From Thermoplasmatales archaeon (lineage in GTDB: Archaea > Thermoplasmatota > Thermoplasmata > Thermoplasmatales > Thermoplasmataceae): a stretch of 64,000 bases of DNA. The stretch's first letter is position 1. Each line of letters opens with the position of its first letter. The notes under the pieces were generated by a model that was not told the DNA's origin, did not search any database, and saw only the letters and a program-made list of their open reading frames with translations. This document shows positions 9,883 through 20,186 of the stretch, piece after piece. Made by a program: the position numbers and the translations under genes. The stretch is from assembly GCA_027372655.1 (NCBI GenBank), contig DAICVC010000011.1, positions 72,138 through 136,137 on the forward strand. The letters are read 5' to 3'.

Positions 9883-11640
9883 TTAACCAAAAAGTACTTT
9901 GTCCCGAATTTTAATCAGATTCTCATCTTCATTCTTTTCCGATATTTCATAAAGATCATGTGGAGCTCTGCCTAAAATAGCCTCAAAATTCATCAAAATT
10001 CCTCTTCTGAATAATGCAATCCTAGTCAAGTCTCCTGGTTTAGAATCCTTCAAACAATCTGTAAGTGGAGACCTACCCCTTTTCCTCAAAGGCGTGGAAA
10101 ACATGTTTCCCATTTTGAAATTGTTTATGGCGACTATTTCATCCCCCGGGAATATACCTGCCTTTTGGGCCGCAGAGTCTTCCAGTACTGCCTCAACAAT
10201 ATTGGATTCTTTTGGAAGAATTAGGCCAAGATACCCATATCCCTTAACCTGATCTACTTCCTTATCTGAATACTTAAATTGAAGTTCTAAACCCAATCTA
10301 TTAGCCTCAGCCTCGAAATCAATACTATCGGTTCCTCTTACATATTTTTGGAAAAACGGCTGGAAATCAAGTGCAGAAACTTCAGAAAGTGACTGCATAA
10401 AATCCTTTTCTGTAAACCCCTTGCCATCTTTATTATATTTATCAATAAGATGTTTAAAGACTTCGTCAAGGTTTTTTGATCCTTTAGTATATTCACTAAT
10501 TCTGTTACTTAGCATTAACCCCAGTATTTCACCTTTTAGATAATATGAAACGTAGCTGTTAATGTTATTTGGGGATGACCGATACAACTTTATCCAAGCA
10601 TCAAAAGAAGAATCGGACGCAGACTCATAATTTTTACCTGGCGTCATGTCGTATGCTCTGAACATTTTACAGAGATGCTCATAGTATTCTTCCTTAGAAA
10701 TTAACCCTGATCTTAGTAAAATTATCATTCCAAAAAAGTTCGTTATTCCCTCAGATACCCACAGTAATGTGGTGTAGTTTTCTTCTTTGTAATTAAATGG
10801 TCCCAGTTCTACTGGCCTGATTCTTTTTACATTCCATAAGTGGAAATATTCGTGCGAAACTAAGGATAAAAAGGCGTGATAGTCCTCCTTGTTTCCGAAT
10901 GTGAACATTGAAGCCCCTATTGTGGTAGAATTAAGATGCTCCAATCCATCGCCACCATTATTCATTAGATGAATGATGAAAACGTATCTCTTATATGGTA
11001 TTGAGCCAAAGATGGACCTTGCTGTTTCAACAATCTTCTTAAGATCTTCAACTAAGCGGCTGGTATTTTCATTACCCGAACCATAAATTGCGATTTCATG
11101 CTCTTTTCCGTCAACTGTGAAAAGAAGTGATCTGTGATTTCCTATTTCAATAGGACAGTCAGAAAAAATATCATAATTTGTTGCCCTAAATCTGTTTTCT
11201 CCTATTTTTTCCATTCCGGTGGATATTTTCCAATTTTCATAGGGCTTGATCAGAAGTTCCACAGACTGATCCTTGTATCCTTCCAGATACATGAAAACGT
11301 TGGTTCCATTAAGGTATCCATGAGTGGTATCAAGGTGGCTCCCCCTGACATTTAATTCTCCTGCATAAACCTCATAAGAGATAATGAAGCTTTTATGGTT
11401 TCCATTAAGTAATTTCCAGGTGGATTTATCTTTTCTCTGGATATCTATTGTTTCATTTTCCTCGGTTTTTACCTTGAGCATCCTGACGTTTCTGCTGTAA
11501 TCCCTTATGGAATATGATCCAGGAGTCCATGCTGGCATTGTGACCATTGTTATATCCTCAGAAACCGAATCCACGTTCATTGTTACCTGAAAGAATCCTG
11601 TAGATGGTTCCCTCATTTCTAGAATGTAAAGGACTTTCAT
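9883..11640 (-). CDS. M61 family glycyl aminopeptidase with PDZ domain
   Basis: MPAWTPGSY, GLEHLNST, HEYFHLWN zinc motif, LWVSEG, SYYLKG, C-terminal PDZ (SAAQKAGIFPGDEIVAIN). Confidence 0.92.
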   Translation of the reverse strand: MKVLYILEMREPSTGFFQVTMNVDSVSEDITMVTMPAWTPGSYSIRDYSRNVRMLKVKTEENETIDIQRKDKSTWKLLNGNHKSFIISYEVYAGELNVRGSHLDTTHGYLNGTNVFMYLEGYKDQSVELLIKPYENWKISTGMEKIGENRFRATNYDIFSDCPIEIGNHRSLLFTVDGKEHEIAIYGSGNENTSRLVEDLKKIVETARSIFGSIPYKRYVFIIHLMNNGGDGLEHLNSTTIGASMFTFGNKEDYHAFLSLVSHEYFHLWNVKRIRPVELGPFNYKEENYTTLLWVSEGITNFFGMIILLRSGLISKEEYYEHLCKMFRAYDMTPGKNYESASDSSFDAWIKLYRSSPNNINSYVSYYLKGEILGLMLSNRISEYTKGSKNLDEVFKHLIDKYNKDGKGFTEKDFMQSLSEVSALDFQPFFQKYVRGTDSIDFEAEANRLGLELQFKYSDKEVDQVKGYGYLGLILPKESNIVEAVLEDSAAQKAGIFPGDEIVAINNFKMGNMFSTPLRKRGRSPLTDCLKDSKPGDLTRIALFRRGILMNFEAILGRAPHDLYEISEKNEDENLIKIRDKVLFG

Positions 11641-11669
11641 TGATAGTTCCTCATGGTCGATTTTAGGTT

Positions 11670-12641
11670 TTAATTTAAATTTTTCCCTAAATGGCCGTGG
11701 AGATATTCAGTGAAATAAGTAATGACAATATCTGCTCCTGATCTGAATATTGATGTGACATACTCCAATATCACTTCTTCACTGAGCAATCCATCGTTGA
11801 TTGCATTCATTATCATTGAATACTCTCCACTGACACCGTAAACGGCCAGTGGTTGGAGAAACTTTTCAGATGCCTCCTTTACAACATCCAGATAAAACAT
11901 GCCAGGTTTTACCATTATTATGTCCGCCCCTTCCTTCACATCCAGGTCAATTTCCCTTAAAGCTTCCTTCGAGTTTGCCCAGTCCATCTGGTACGACTTT
12001 CTGTTCCCGAAAGAAGGTGTTGATTTCGCAGCATCCCTGAAGGGCCCATAAAGTGCTGAAGAATATTTTGCCGAATATGCCATGATTGGAATTTCAGGGA
12101 AACCATTCTCGTCAAGTTCTTTTCTTATTTTAGCTACCTGCCCGTCCATCATGCCGCTAGGGGCAATAACTTCGGCTCCTGCTTTAGCCTGACTGACAGC
12201 TATTTTCCCATAATATTCCAGTGTTATATCGTTTTCCACCACATTGTTTCTGGTAATGCCACAATGTCCATGACTAGTGTATTCACACATACAAAGATCA
12301 GTCATTACCAATAAACCTTCACCCTTCAAAATTGGAACAGCTTTTTGAACTATCCCATTTTCAGCGTATGACTGTGAGCCCACTTGATCCTTTTCTGCCG
12401 GAACCCCGAATAGGAGCACATTTTTTACTCCCAAGTTTTTCAGCACTTTTGCGTAGTCTTTTAAACTTGCCAAATCGTAACTTTTTATCCCAGGCATGCT
12501 CTTTATATCCGTAGGATTCTTGATTGTTTCGTCCACAAAAACCGGCATTACCAGTTTATCCAAATATAATCCAGTTTCCTTGACAAGTCTTCTTATCATC
12601 TCTGAACTTCTGAGCCTTCTGGGTCTATTTTCAGGGAACAT
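11670..12641 (-). CDS. hemB: Porphobilinogen synthase
   Basis: RPRRLR, DLCMCEYTSHGHCG, APSGMMDG, YGPFRDA, MVKP. Confidence 0.97.
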   Translation of the reverse strand: MFPENRPRRLRSSEMIRRLVKETGLYLDKLVMPVFVDETIKNPTDIKSMPGIKSYDLASLKDYAKVLKNLGVKNVLLFGVPAEKDQVGSQSYAENGIVQKAVPILKGEGLLVMTDLCMCEYTSHGHCGITRNNVVENDITLEYYGKIAVSQAKAGAEVIAPSGMMDGQVAKIRKELDENGFPEIPIMAYSAKYSSALYGPFRDAAKSTPSFGNRKSYQMDWANSKEALREIDLDVKEGADIIMVKPGMFYLDVVKEASEKFLQPLAVYGVSGEYSMIMNAINDGLLSEEVILEYVTSIFRSGADIVITYFTEYLHGHLGKNLN

Positions 12642-12690
12642 AGTTAGAAATTGCTTTTGAATATATCAAACTATCAAGCCAAAAATCGAT

Positions 12691-14148
12691 CTAAACCGAT
12701 TCTAATAGCTTGTATGATGACCATCCTGTTTCATCGGTAACATTTTGGATATTGAAATGCTCATTCCCTCCACTATTTAGGAAGGTAAACCCATCCTTGT
12801 CGTGAATGTGAATCGAAAAGGTTGCATGGTGACTTATCTTTTTATAAAAGTCCTCATCACATATTAAGAATACCGTACCCGTAATCCTCAGTTCGTTAAG
12901 AATAGCAAGAAAGTCCCCGATGAAATTTTCACCGTAGGTGAAATTAAGAAAATCGGTTGAGAAAATATACACATTTGGTCTTTTAGATGAACCAGTGAAA
13001 TACTCAATTGCTTCACTGGTAAAATCTTCAATCAGACTTTTCCCTTCAAGATTAATTACATATGGATTGGTTCTCTTTGTTTTTTCTGCTGTTATGTAAT
13101 GCTTGAGATGCTCCGGGTCAATTGTAGCGTTAAGCAATTTTACTGATTCGTAACTGCTTGATGAAGCATCAATAACTCCCCTTTCATCTGCAATGGTTCT
13201 CCTGATTAATGTATTTTTGATTAAGTTTACAGCGTAATCAGTCCTGTCTGAAATTTCCATTCTGTGAACCAAAACCAGAGATCCGACATCTACGGTGGTT
13301 TTCTTTCCGGGAATTACGTTGGCAATATCCTCATTTCCCATGCTTATGGAAAATTGACTGTGCTCCTCTGTCTCAGGAAGAGGTATCTGCTTGTTTGGAT
13401 AGGCTCCAGACAGGATAGGGAATACGGTAAATCTGCCGTTGAGTAGAGAATAGCTGAAGAACGGCATGGAGCCAAGGGAAAGCCCCCTTAGCTTCTCTAT
13501 TCTCATATTCCTTATCATGTAGTTATTGTCTATTTCCAGACTCATCGTAACAACTCCGTCAGAAAAGTATTCCAGCTTATCGTTTGAAGTGGATTCAAGA
13601 ACCACTATCAGTCCAGCACCACTTTTCTCCACAAGATCATTCTGTATCACAGAAAAAAGTGTAGTCTCGTCAATGTTATACTTTTGGGCTATTGCTTCAA
13701 TTGAATCGAGAATGACCACTGGACCCTTGTCAATATTGTTCTCAACGAAAGAATACATTGCATTCAGCTCTGGAATTACCTCTTTTATGTCGAAGATGAG
13801 ACCGCTGCCGACTGAGAAATCCTTTTCAACGTTTCTTTCTTCAAGTATTTTTTCAAATTTTCGTAACGAGTCAGTGCTCACATAATTAAATTGTTCTGTG
13901 AACTCAAACTTATCCTTATTGGTTTTATATGAGATCTTTTCTATAAATGGAAAAGCCTCCTTTAGAGGTTCATCATTAAATCTTGAAGATAAGAAATGAA
14001 TTGGTTGATTTTCATATAGTCGTGAAGCTATTTCTAAGCTGAAAGTAGTCTTACCAGTACCTGGTCTTCCTTTCACGATCAGTGATTTCCCAAATTTCTG
14101 ATTGAAGAATTCGTGAAAGATGTCAAGAGGATCACTCATTTGCGTCAC
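12691..14148 (-). CDS. GvpD-like/KaiC-RAD55 P-loop ATPase
   Basis: GRPGTGKT Walker A, VILDS Walker B, IEKLRG; degenerate second domain. Confidence 0.75.
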   Translation of the reverse strand: MTQMSDPLDIFHEFFNQKFGKSLIVKGRPGTGKTTFSLEIASRLYENQPIHFLSSRFNDEPLKEAFPFIEKISYKTNKDKFEFTEQFNYVSTDSLRKFEKILEERNVEKDFSVGSGLIFDIKEVIPELNAMYSFVENNIDKGPVVILDSIEAIAQKYNIDETTLFSVIQNDLVEKSGAGLIVVLESTSNDKLEYFSDGVVTMSLEIDNNYMIRNMRIEKLRGLSLGSMPFFSYSLLNGRFTVFPILSGAYPNKQIPLPETEEHSQFSISMGNEDIANVIPGKKTTVDVGSLVLVHRMEISDRTDYAVNLIKNTLIRRTIADERGVIDASSSSYESVKLLNATIDPEHLKHYITAEKTKRTNPYVINLEGKSLIEDFTSEAIEYFTGSSKRPNVYIFSTDFLNFTYGENFIGDFLAILNELRITGTVFLICDEDFYKKISHHATFSIHIHDKDGFTFLNSGGNEHFNIQNVTDETGWSSYKLLESV

Positions 14149-14458
14149 CTGTTTTTGTAGAATTCAACTCATGTAAAGAATTCCTTACGATATAGTCTTT
14201 TCCGTTATGTTGGTGAAAAGTTTTTGAATATTCTGAATTAAATTTTAGTTTCACAGAATTTTTTCTGTGGACTGAAGATTTTTCTTTAAGCATGACTTAG
14301 AAACGTTAATTATTTCCGTATATATTATACTTATCGATTACAATAAATTTATGGCATTTAATTCGAATACTGCGATGCTTTTCAAGTTATAAATTGTGTT
14401 AAACGGTATTTGTATTTAAAAGTAAATAATTCTTTAACCATTATAGCCATATCGATTT

Positions 14459-15424
14459 ATGAGAAATAAGATATCAGTAATAGGAGCAGGAAATGTTGGA
14501 GCCTCAGTCGCTCAATTTTTGGCAGTTAGGGACCTAGGTGATGTTTTTCTATTTGATGTTATAGAAGGAGTTCCAGAGGGAAAGGCTCTTGACATGATGG
14601 AGGGAACCCCCCATTGGGCGACAGACAGTAAGATAAAGGGTTTTACAACTGTGGATAAAACAAATTATTCTAACATGGATGGTTCTGATGTAATAGTAGT
14701 TACAGCAGGATTGGCCAGAAAGCCCGGGATGAGCAGAGATGATCTTCTGGCGAAAAATATTGAAATTATTAAGGATGTTGCTGAAAATGTAAAGAAATAC
14801 TCGCCCGATTCCATAGTTGTAATAGTTTCTAACCCTGCGGATACCATGGCATATGCGTTCCAAAAAGTCAGTGGGATTAATCCCAAGAAGATAATAGGAC
14901 TTGGAGGTTCACTTGATAGTTCTAGATTTAGAACTTTCCTTGCAGAGGAGATAGGAGTTTCAGTTACTGACGTGAATGCGTTTGTAATCGGTGGCCATGG
15001 TGATGATATGGTTCCATTTGTTCGATATTCTTCAGTCGGCGGAATACCAATAGAAAAAATACTCAGCCAAGAAAAGATAGATGAGATAGTCAAGAGAACG
15101 AGATTTGGCGGCGGAGAAATCGTTAACTATCTTAAGACAGGAAGCGCATATTACGCCCCAGGGATATCAATAACAGCGATGGTTGAATCCGTACTGAAAG
15201 ACAAAAGAAGGATGATCCCATGTGCAGCGTTTATGGATGGGGAAATGGCCAAACATTACGGGGCAAATGGCTTGTTCATTGGATTGCCTATAATCATAGG
15301 CTCAAATGGAGTGGAAAAGATATTCAAGATTGATTTTAATGAACAGGAAAAATCTTTGTGGAACAAGACAGTTGAATCAGTATCTTCAAATGCAAGGAAA
15401 GTCGATGAAGTCCTAAAAGCCTGA
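14459..15424 (+). CDS. mdh: Malate dehydrogenase (LDH-like)
   Basis: GAGNVG, TAGLARKPGMSRDDL, LDSSRF, GGHGDDMVP. Confidence 0.95.
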   Translation: MRNKISVIGAGNVGASVAQFLAVRDLGDVFLFDVIEGVPEGKALDMMEGTPHWATDSKIKGFTTVDKTNYSNMDGSDVIVVTAGLARKPGMSRDDLLAKNIEIIKDVAENVKKYSPDSIVVIVSNPADTMAYAFQKVSGINPKKIIGLGGSLDSSRFRTFLAEEIGVSVTDVNAFVIGGHGDDMVPFVRYSSVGGIPIEKILSQEKIDEIVKRTRFGGGEIVNYLKTGSAYYAPGISITAMVESVLKDKRRMIPCAAFMDGEMAKHYGANGLFIGLPIIIGSNGVEKIFKIDFNEQEKSLWNKTVESVSSNARKVDEVLKA

Positions 15425-15429
15425 ATTAA

Positions 15430-16134
15430 CTAAGGCTTGCGTTCATTTATATATTTTTTATAAAACTCTGGAAGTTCTGAGTAATGAATCGGATCGGTGG
15501 CGGCAGCTTCCATAAAGCCCTTAAGCCTCAAAAGACAAGAATCACAATTTCCGCAGGCAAGCTTGCCTCCGGCATAACATGAATATGTTAATTCGTATGG
15601 AGTTCCGAGGGATGTTCCGAGTTTTATTATCTCTCCCTTTGATAATTTTTGCAGGGGAGCTATGATTTTTATTGACCTGCCCGTGCTGTTCGCCAGACCT
15701 AGGTTCAGGGTTTCTTCCATGGATGATATAAAATCTGGTCTGCAGTCAGGATAACCTGAGTAATCAACAGAATTAACACCGATATACACACTCTCTGAAT
15801 CTGTAACTTCTGCTATGGCTCCTGCAATTGATAGAAATATGATATTCCTCCCTGGAACGTATGTGTTGGGAATTCCTTGCCTTTCAAGTAATCCCCTTTC
15901 TATTTCTTGCTTGGATGTGAGAGAACTGCCACCAATTTGCCTCATGTCTATATTTATAATTCTTCTTTCAATCCCCAAACGTTTTGCCACTCTTTCTGAT
16001 GCATTCATTTCGATTGAGTGCCTTTGACCATAATTAAAACTGACAGCAGTGACAGTTTGGTTATCCCTTTTGGCTATGGTGGCAACAGTCGAAGAATCAA
16101 GTCCGCCTGATAGTAAAACTACTGCATTTTTCAA
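15430..16134 (-). CDS. queC: 7-cyano-7-deazaguanine synthase
   Basis: SGGLDS, YGQRH, TYVPGRN, DYSGYPDCR, CGNCDSC. Confidence 0.95.
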   Translation of the reverse strand: MKNAVVLLSGGLDSSTVATIAKRDNQTVTAVSFNYGQRHSIEMNASERVAKRLGIERRIINIDMRQIGGSSLTSKQEIERGLLERQGIPNTYVPGRNIIFLSIAGAIAEVTDSESVYIGVNSVDYSGYPDCRPDFISSMEETLNLGLANSTGRSIKIIAPLQKLSKGEIIKLGTSLGTPYELTYSCYAGGKLACGNCDSCLLRLKGFMEAAATDPIHYSELPEFYKKYINERKP

Positions 16135-16601
16135 ATACCTTCACTCCATGTTGCGCTTTGTCCGGGGCCTTCGTAAAGTGTAAGTTCTATTTCGTTAACA
16201 TTGCTGGGAAATTTTACCTTGGATAATATTAGATGGCAAATGTATCTTGATAATTCTTCACTTGAACTGTGTGTAATCTCACATTTATAAATGAACTCGT
16301 TTGGTATGCTTAGGGTTTTGCCTTCGTATTCTATCAATAGGTTCTCTCCTTGATTTACGTATTTAATATCCTTTGATTTCGTTGGAACTATCAGCCTGTG
16401 ATCCATTTCTTCTAAAATTTCCCTGATAACTTTTTTGATAACTACAAAATCCATTATCATTCCATTTTCAGGTTGTCCCTTTATTTTGATGTCAACGGCG
16501 TAATCGTGTCCATGCAGACGTTTACATTTGCTATGAAATGGAATGAAATGGGATGCCGAAAATTTTAGATTGCTCTCCCATCCATTTACTTTGACGGTCA
16601 T
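16131..16601 (-). CDS. queD: 6-carboxytetrahydropterin synthase
   Basis: FSASH, CKRLHGHDY, MDF, MDH, SSEELS; ATG 16601 overlaps SDR stop. Confidence 0.9.
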   Translation of the reverse strand: MTVKVNGWESNLKFSASHFIPFHSKCKRLHGHDYAVDIKIKGQPENGMIMDFVVIKKVIREILEEMDHRLIVPTKSKDIKYVNQGENLLIEYEGKTLSIPNEFIYKCEITHSSSEELSRYICHLILSKVKFPSNVNEIELTLYEGPGQSATWSEGI

Positions 16602-17443
16602 TATTCCTTTTTCTTTCTTTCCTTCATTTTTTTCCATACATCATCACCTAACATTCTCAAGTTGTTAAATTGCCCTGCACCTTCTAACCATTCCCCTCCA
16701 TCAATAGTAATAATTTCACCGTTGATATAAGAAGAATTTTCACTCAAGAGATATAATATTGGATTTACCAGATCATCAAAATTTCCTATTCTTCCCATTG
16801 GATTTTTTTGGGAAAGGTAATCCTCCACACTCTGTGAAGGCATCAGATTATTCCATGCACCTTCTGTCTTAAAGGGACCGGGTGCTATACCATTTACTCG
16901 AATTCCTTTTCGTCCCCATTCCACAGCTAGACTCCTCGTCAATGCTCTTAACCCTCCCTTAGCAGCAGCCGAAGGCGTAACGTAACCTGAACCTGTATCG
17001 GCGTATGTAGCCAGTATATTTACCACGCTTCCCTTTGCACCATTTTTTATCCATAATTTTCCAGCGCAAAGGGTAGCATTTATAGAACCCATCAAGACTA
17101 TGTCGATAACAGACTTGAATGCATTTATTGATAAATCCTCTGATCTGGAAATGAAATTCCCTGCAGCGTTGTTTACCAATCCATCCAGCCTGTCTTCCTT
17201 GAATATTTGATTGATATAATCTTCAATCCTTTGGTAATCTCTTATGTCTGAAACTATATATGAAAATCGGCCTTCTGTGTCAGAGTTAATTTTTTTCGTC
17301 TCGAGTAGCTTTTCCTCCCTTCTGCCAAAGGAATAAACTCTTGCTCCTAAGCCGCAAAGTCTTACTGAAATTTCCCTTCCGAGTCCAGAACCTCCGCCTG
17401 TGACCAGGTATGACTTTCCTCTGAAAAAAGAGTTTTCATCCAT
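16601..17443 (-). CDS. SDR oxidoreductase, 2,4-dienoyl-CoA reductase-like
   Basis: TGGGSGLG, NNAAGNF, SAAAKGG, RSLAVEWG, IDGG. Confidence 0.88.
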   Translation of the reverse strand: MDENSFFRGKSYLVTGGGSGLGREISVRLCGLGARVYSFGRREEKLLETKKINSDTEGRFSYIVSDIRDYQRIEDYINQIFKEDRLDGLVNNAAGNFISRSEDLSINAFKSVIDIVLMGSINATLCAGKLWIKNGAKGSVVNILATYADTGSGYVTPSAAAKGGLRALTRSLAVEWGRKGIRVNGIAPGPFKTEGAWNNLMPSQSVEDYLSQKNPMGRIGNFDDLVNPILYLLSENSSYINGEIITIDGGEWLEGAGQFNNLRMLGDDVWKKMKERKKKE

Positions 17444-17565
17444 AACATGGAAAAAGCAACTCAGCCTAAAAAGTTTGCACAAAATCGACGATCATTGTTA
17501 GGAAAACCGATAAAAAGTGCTTATTCAGATAATAAAATATACCCTTTTGTTATCAACTCCCTTAT

Positions 17566-17640
17566 GGGCGCGTGGCCAAGCCTGGATATGGCAACAGCCT
17601 CCTAAGCTGTAGATCAGGGGTCCGAATCCCCTCGCGCCCG
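17566..17640 (+). tRNA. tRNA-Arg (CCT)
   Basis: GGGCGCG/CGCGCCC acceptor stem, anticodon arm ACAGC-CTCCTAA-GCTGT, T arm AGGGG-TCCGAAT-CCCCT; CCA not encoded. Confidence 0.93.
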
Positions 17641-17672
17641 TATTTCAGTTGGAAATGAAAATCCTTGCTGGT

Positions 17673-18401
17673 TTATTCTATCCTTGGAGCCAGTAGGAAT
17701 TTGGCAGTTTTCATTGCGTCTTTCTCTGGAAAACTGAATTCTATCACTAAAGGATAATCATTATTGAAGGCAAGTTTCAGATTGTCCGAAAATGTCACAG
17801 CTCTTATTATCTTTGAAAGATAATCCAGTGGATAACTGCTTGAAGCATTTTCTGACGCTTTTAACTCTACCAGGTCATTGCTCTCTAGAACGAGATCAAC
17901 TTCCTCCGATTCACTTCTTGAACTGGCTTCAAACCTCTTTTCAGTTATGCTGAACCTGATGGAATCTCTTACGTCATTTGCTGCCCTCAGAACCCTATCT
18001 AGATCAGCCTTTCTCATAACAACATAGTTTTTGGGATCTACTGAAGGAAGTTTAGGTGAATTGACAAAGGAATCAAGGGTAGAGATTGTCTTTGTGAGAG
18101 TCCCAAGTACAAATTTTATCTTGTTTCCAGAAATGTTTACCACGAGATTTTCAGACTGTGAAGCTAGTCTAAGAACATTTCTTATTTTGTCCAATTCCAC
18201 TGAAACCTCAACTTTTTCGTCAAGTTCATAAAGGTCAAAGGAACCTTTTGGAACAAAAAGGTCCACCATTGCTATCCTGGCTGCGTCTATTGCCCTAACT
18301 CTAAGACCATCGTTGTCAAATTCTAACTTTGCTTCGTTTGTTACTGAACTCAATATCTCAATGACTTCCTTCATATTGCTTATACTGGAATTTAATTTCA
18401 T
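17673..18401 (-). CDS. pcn: DNA polymerase sliding clamp PCNA
   Basis: GLRVRAIDAARIAMVDL, SSYPLDYL, DYPL, FLLAPRIE. Confidence 0.95.
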   Translation of the reverse strand: MKLNSSISNMKEVIEILSSVTNEAKLEFDNDGLRVRAIDAARIAMVDLFVPKGSFDLYELDEKVEVSVELDKIRNVLRLASQSENLVVNISGNKIKFVLGTLTKTISTLDSFVNSPKLPSVDPKNYVVMRKADLDRVLRAANDVRDSIRFSITEKRFEASSRSESEEVDLVLESNDLVELKASENASSSYPLDYLSKIIRAVTFSDNLKLAFNNDYPLVIEFSFPEKDAMKTAKFLLAPRIE

Positions 18402-18614
18402 TAGGTATGTTAAGATAATCTTCAAGATAAACTTTTTTCAATATGGATCAATATGTGTTATCATATCAGATTACAACCTAAAGAGCAAGAAAGTCACTGC
18501 TCCTGCCGTATGGATGAATATTTAAATGAGTATTATGAATAATCAGATCAACAGGAGTAAGGTAGGGAATTTCCGAATTTACTGGGCCAAAAAGTGATGC
18601 AACGGCAGAACTCT

Positions 18615-18749
18615 CTAAGGGAAGTACACGATCCATAAACACGCTTTCTGTGCCTGTTGGATAAACACCCATTTACAATGGCAATGCCGTGCTATACAAC
18701 CACATTTGGGGCATGTCTGTGATGTGAATTTCGGATAAAAATACATCAT
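18615..18749 (-). pseudogene. Probable TnpB (IS200/IS605) Zn-finger remnant or small Cys-rich ORF
   Basis: Manual translation MMYFYPKFTSQTCPKCGCIARHCHCK... contains the TnpB-like PxxTSQxCPxCG; FMDRV in adjacent frame resembles MDRD. Confidence 0.45.
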
Positions 18750-18860
18750 AGATTTGTTCAAATCCTCTGCTTCCTACTTAATTAATTGCTGCAATTGAAG
18801 TATCCAAGTGTCTGTACAACCTTTAATAAGCGTATTGCATAGGGCATATAGGAGTGAATA

Positions 18861-20186
18861 ATGGCCCAAAAAGACTTAGTATTAGAGGCTCTCAAGTTAA
18901 ATAATTATGAGGAATTATTCCGAGATATTCCAGAAGAAGTAAGAAGTGGGATAGATTCCATTGGTAAAGGAATGACTGAACTGGAGTTATTAAGGGAATC
19001 TGATAAGATTGCCTCCTTAAATAAAAGCCACATGGATATTTTTCTGGGTCTGGGGGCCTATCAAAGATTTATTCCATCTTCTATAAATAATGTAGTAATG
19101 AGAAATGAATTCATAACCTCATACACCCCCTATCAGGCAGAAATTTCTCAAGGGATGCTCCAGGCTCTTTTTGAATACCAATCGTTAATATCGGATCTGT
19201 CCGGCATGGATGTAACCAACTCTTCGATGTATGATGGTCCTACAGCGCTCGGAGAGGCTGTGAGAATGGCCCACCGTGTGAATGGAAAAACAAGAGTTAT
19301 CCTGCCTTCCAATACACGAAAATCTCATCTTCAGGTTCTACATACTTACATTGACGGGCTTGGAATATCCGTAGAATATTACGGAGTCAATGATGATGGC
19401 ACCATTGATCTTGAATCAATCAAAAACCTCATTGATGGAGATCTTTGTGCGATTGTTACTTACAATCCATCTAATTTTGGTACGATCGATCCTGGAGTCA
19501 CTTCCATTGTCGAGATAAAGGGAGATGCTTTGCACATAGCATATTTTGACCCAATATCTGTTTCTATTTTAAAGGCCCCTGGTGAGTATGATGCAGATAT
19601 AGCGGTCGGAGAGGGTCAAGCCATGGGTGTTCCGTTATACTATGGAGGTCCATATCTCGGATTATTTTCATTCAAAAACAAATATGTAAGAAAATCACCT
19701 GGGAGGCTTATCGGAAAAACTACAGATGTAAGCGGTAATGATGCTTATGTTATGACACTTCAAACTAGGGAGCAGCACATAAGGAGAGACAGAGCAACGA
19801 GCAATATATGTACGAATCAGGCCCTTTTGGCGGTCGCAGCATCTGCATACCTTTCAATTCTTGGAGAAAAAGGCTTGAAGTGGGCAGCGACAAAGAGCAT
19901 GAATAACGTTTCTGCAGCATTAAAGGCATTAGAAAAAATCAGTTATGTGAAGCAATTCAAGTGGAAAAATCCTTTTTTTACTGACTTCATAGTTGATGTC
20001 GGTGAAATGTCCGGTAAGCTTTCTCCATATCTCCAAAGAAATAACATTTTGGGTGGAATGAGAACTTCAGAGATATTAAATGCTGTCGAGAGAAAGAAGA
20101 ATGATGCGGTTTTTTTTGCGGCAACAGAAATGATAACCGAAGAACAAATTGATCATCTGGTTAAGGTTATGGAGTTGATACAATGA
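18861..20186 (+). CDS. gcvPA: Glycine dehydrogenase subunit 1
   Basis: SYTPYQAEISQGMLQALFEYQ, SMYDG, TLQTREQHIRRDRATSNICTNQ. Confidence 0.96.
   Translation: MAQKDLVLEALKLNNYEELFRDIPEEVRSGIDSIGKGMTELELLRESDKIASLNKSHMDIFLGLGAYQRFIPSSINNVVMRNEFITSYTPYQAEISQGMLQALFEYQSLISDLSGMDVTNSSMYDGPTALGEAVRMAHRVNGKTRVILPSNTRKSHLQVLHTYIDGLGISVEYYGVNDDGTIDLESIKNLIDGDLCAIVTYNPSNFGTIDPGVTSIVEIKGDALHIAYFDPISVSILKAPGEYDADIAVGEGQAMGVPLYYGGPYLGLFSFKNKYVRKSPGRLIGKTTDVSGNDAYVMTLQTREQHIRRDRATSNICTNQALLAVAASAYLSILGEKGLKWAATKSMNNVSAALKALEKISYVKQFKWKNPFFTDFIVDVGEMSGKLSPYLQRNNILGGMRTSEILNAVERKKNDAVFFAATEMITEEQIDHLVKVMELIQ

Noticed and set aside
15430-16601. queC/queD as part of a Dpd (7-deazaguanine DNA modification) system
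   Set aside because: No dpdA/tgt-like gene nearby; housekeeping archaeosine biosynthesis explains them
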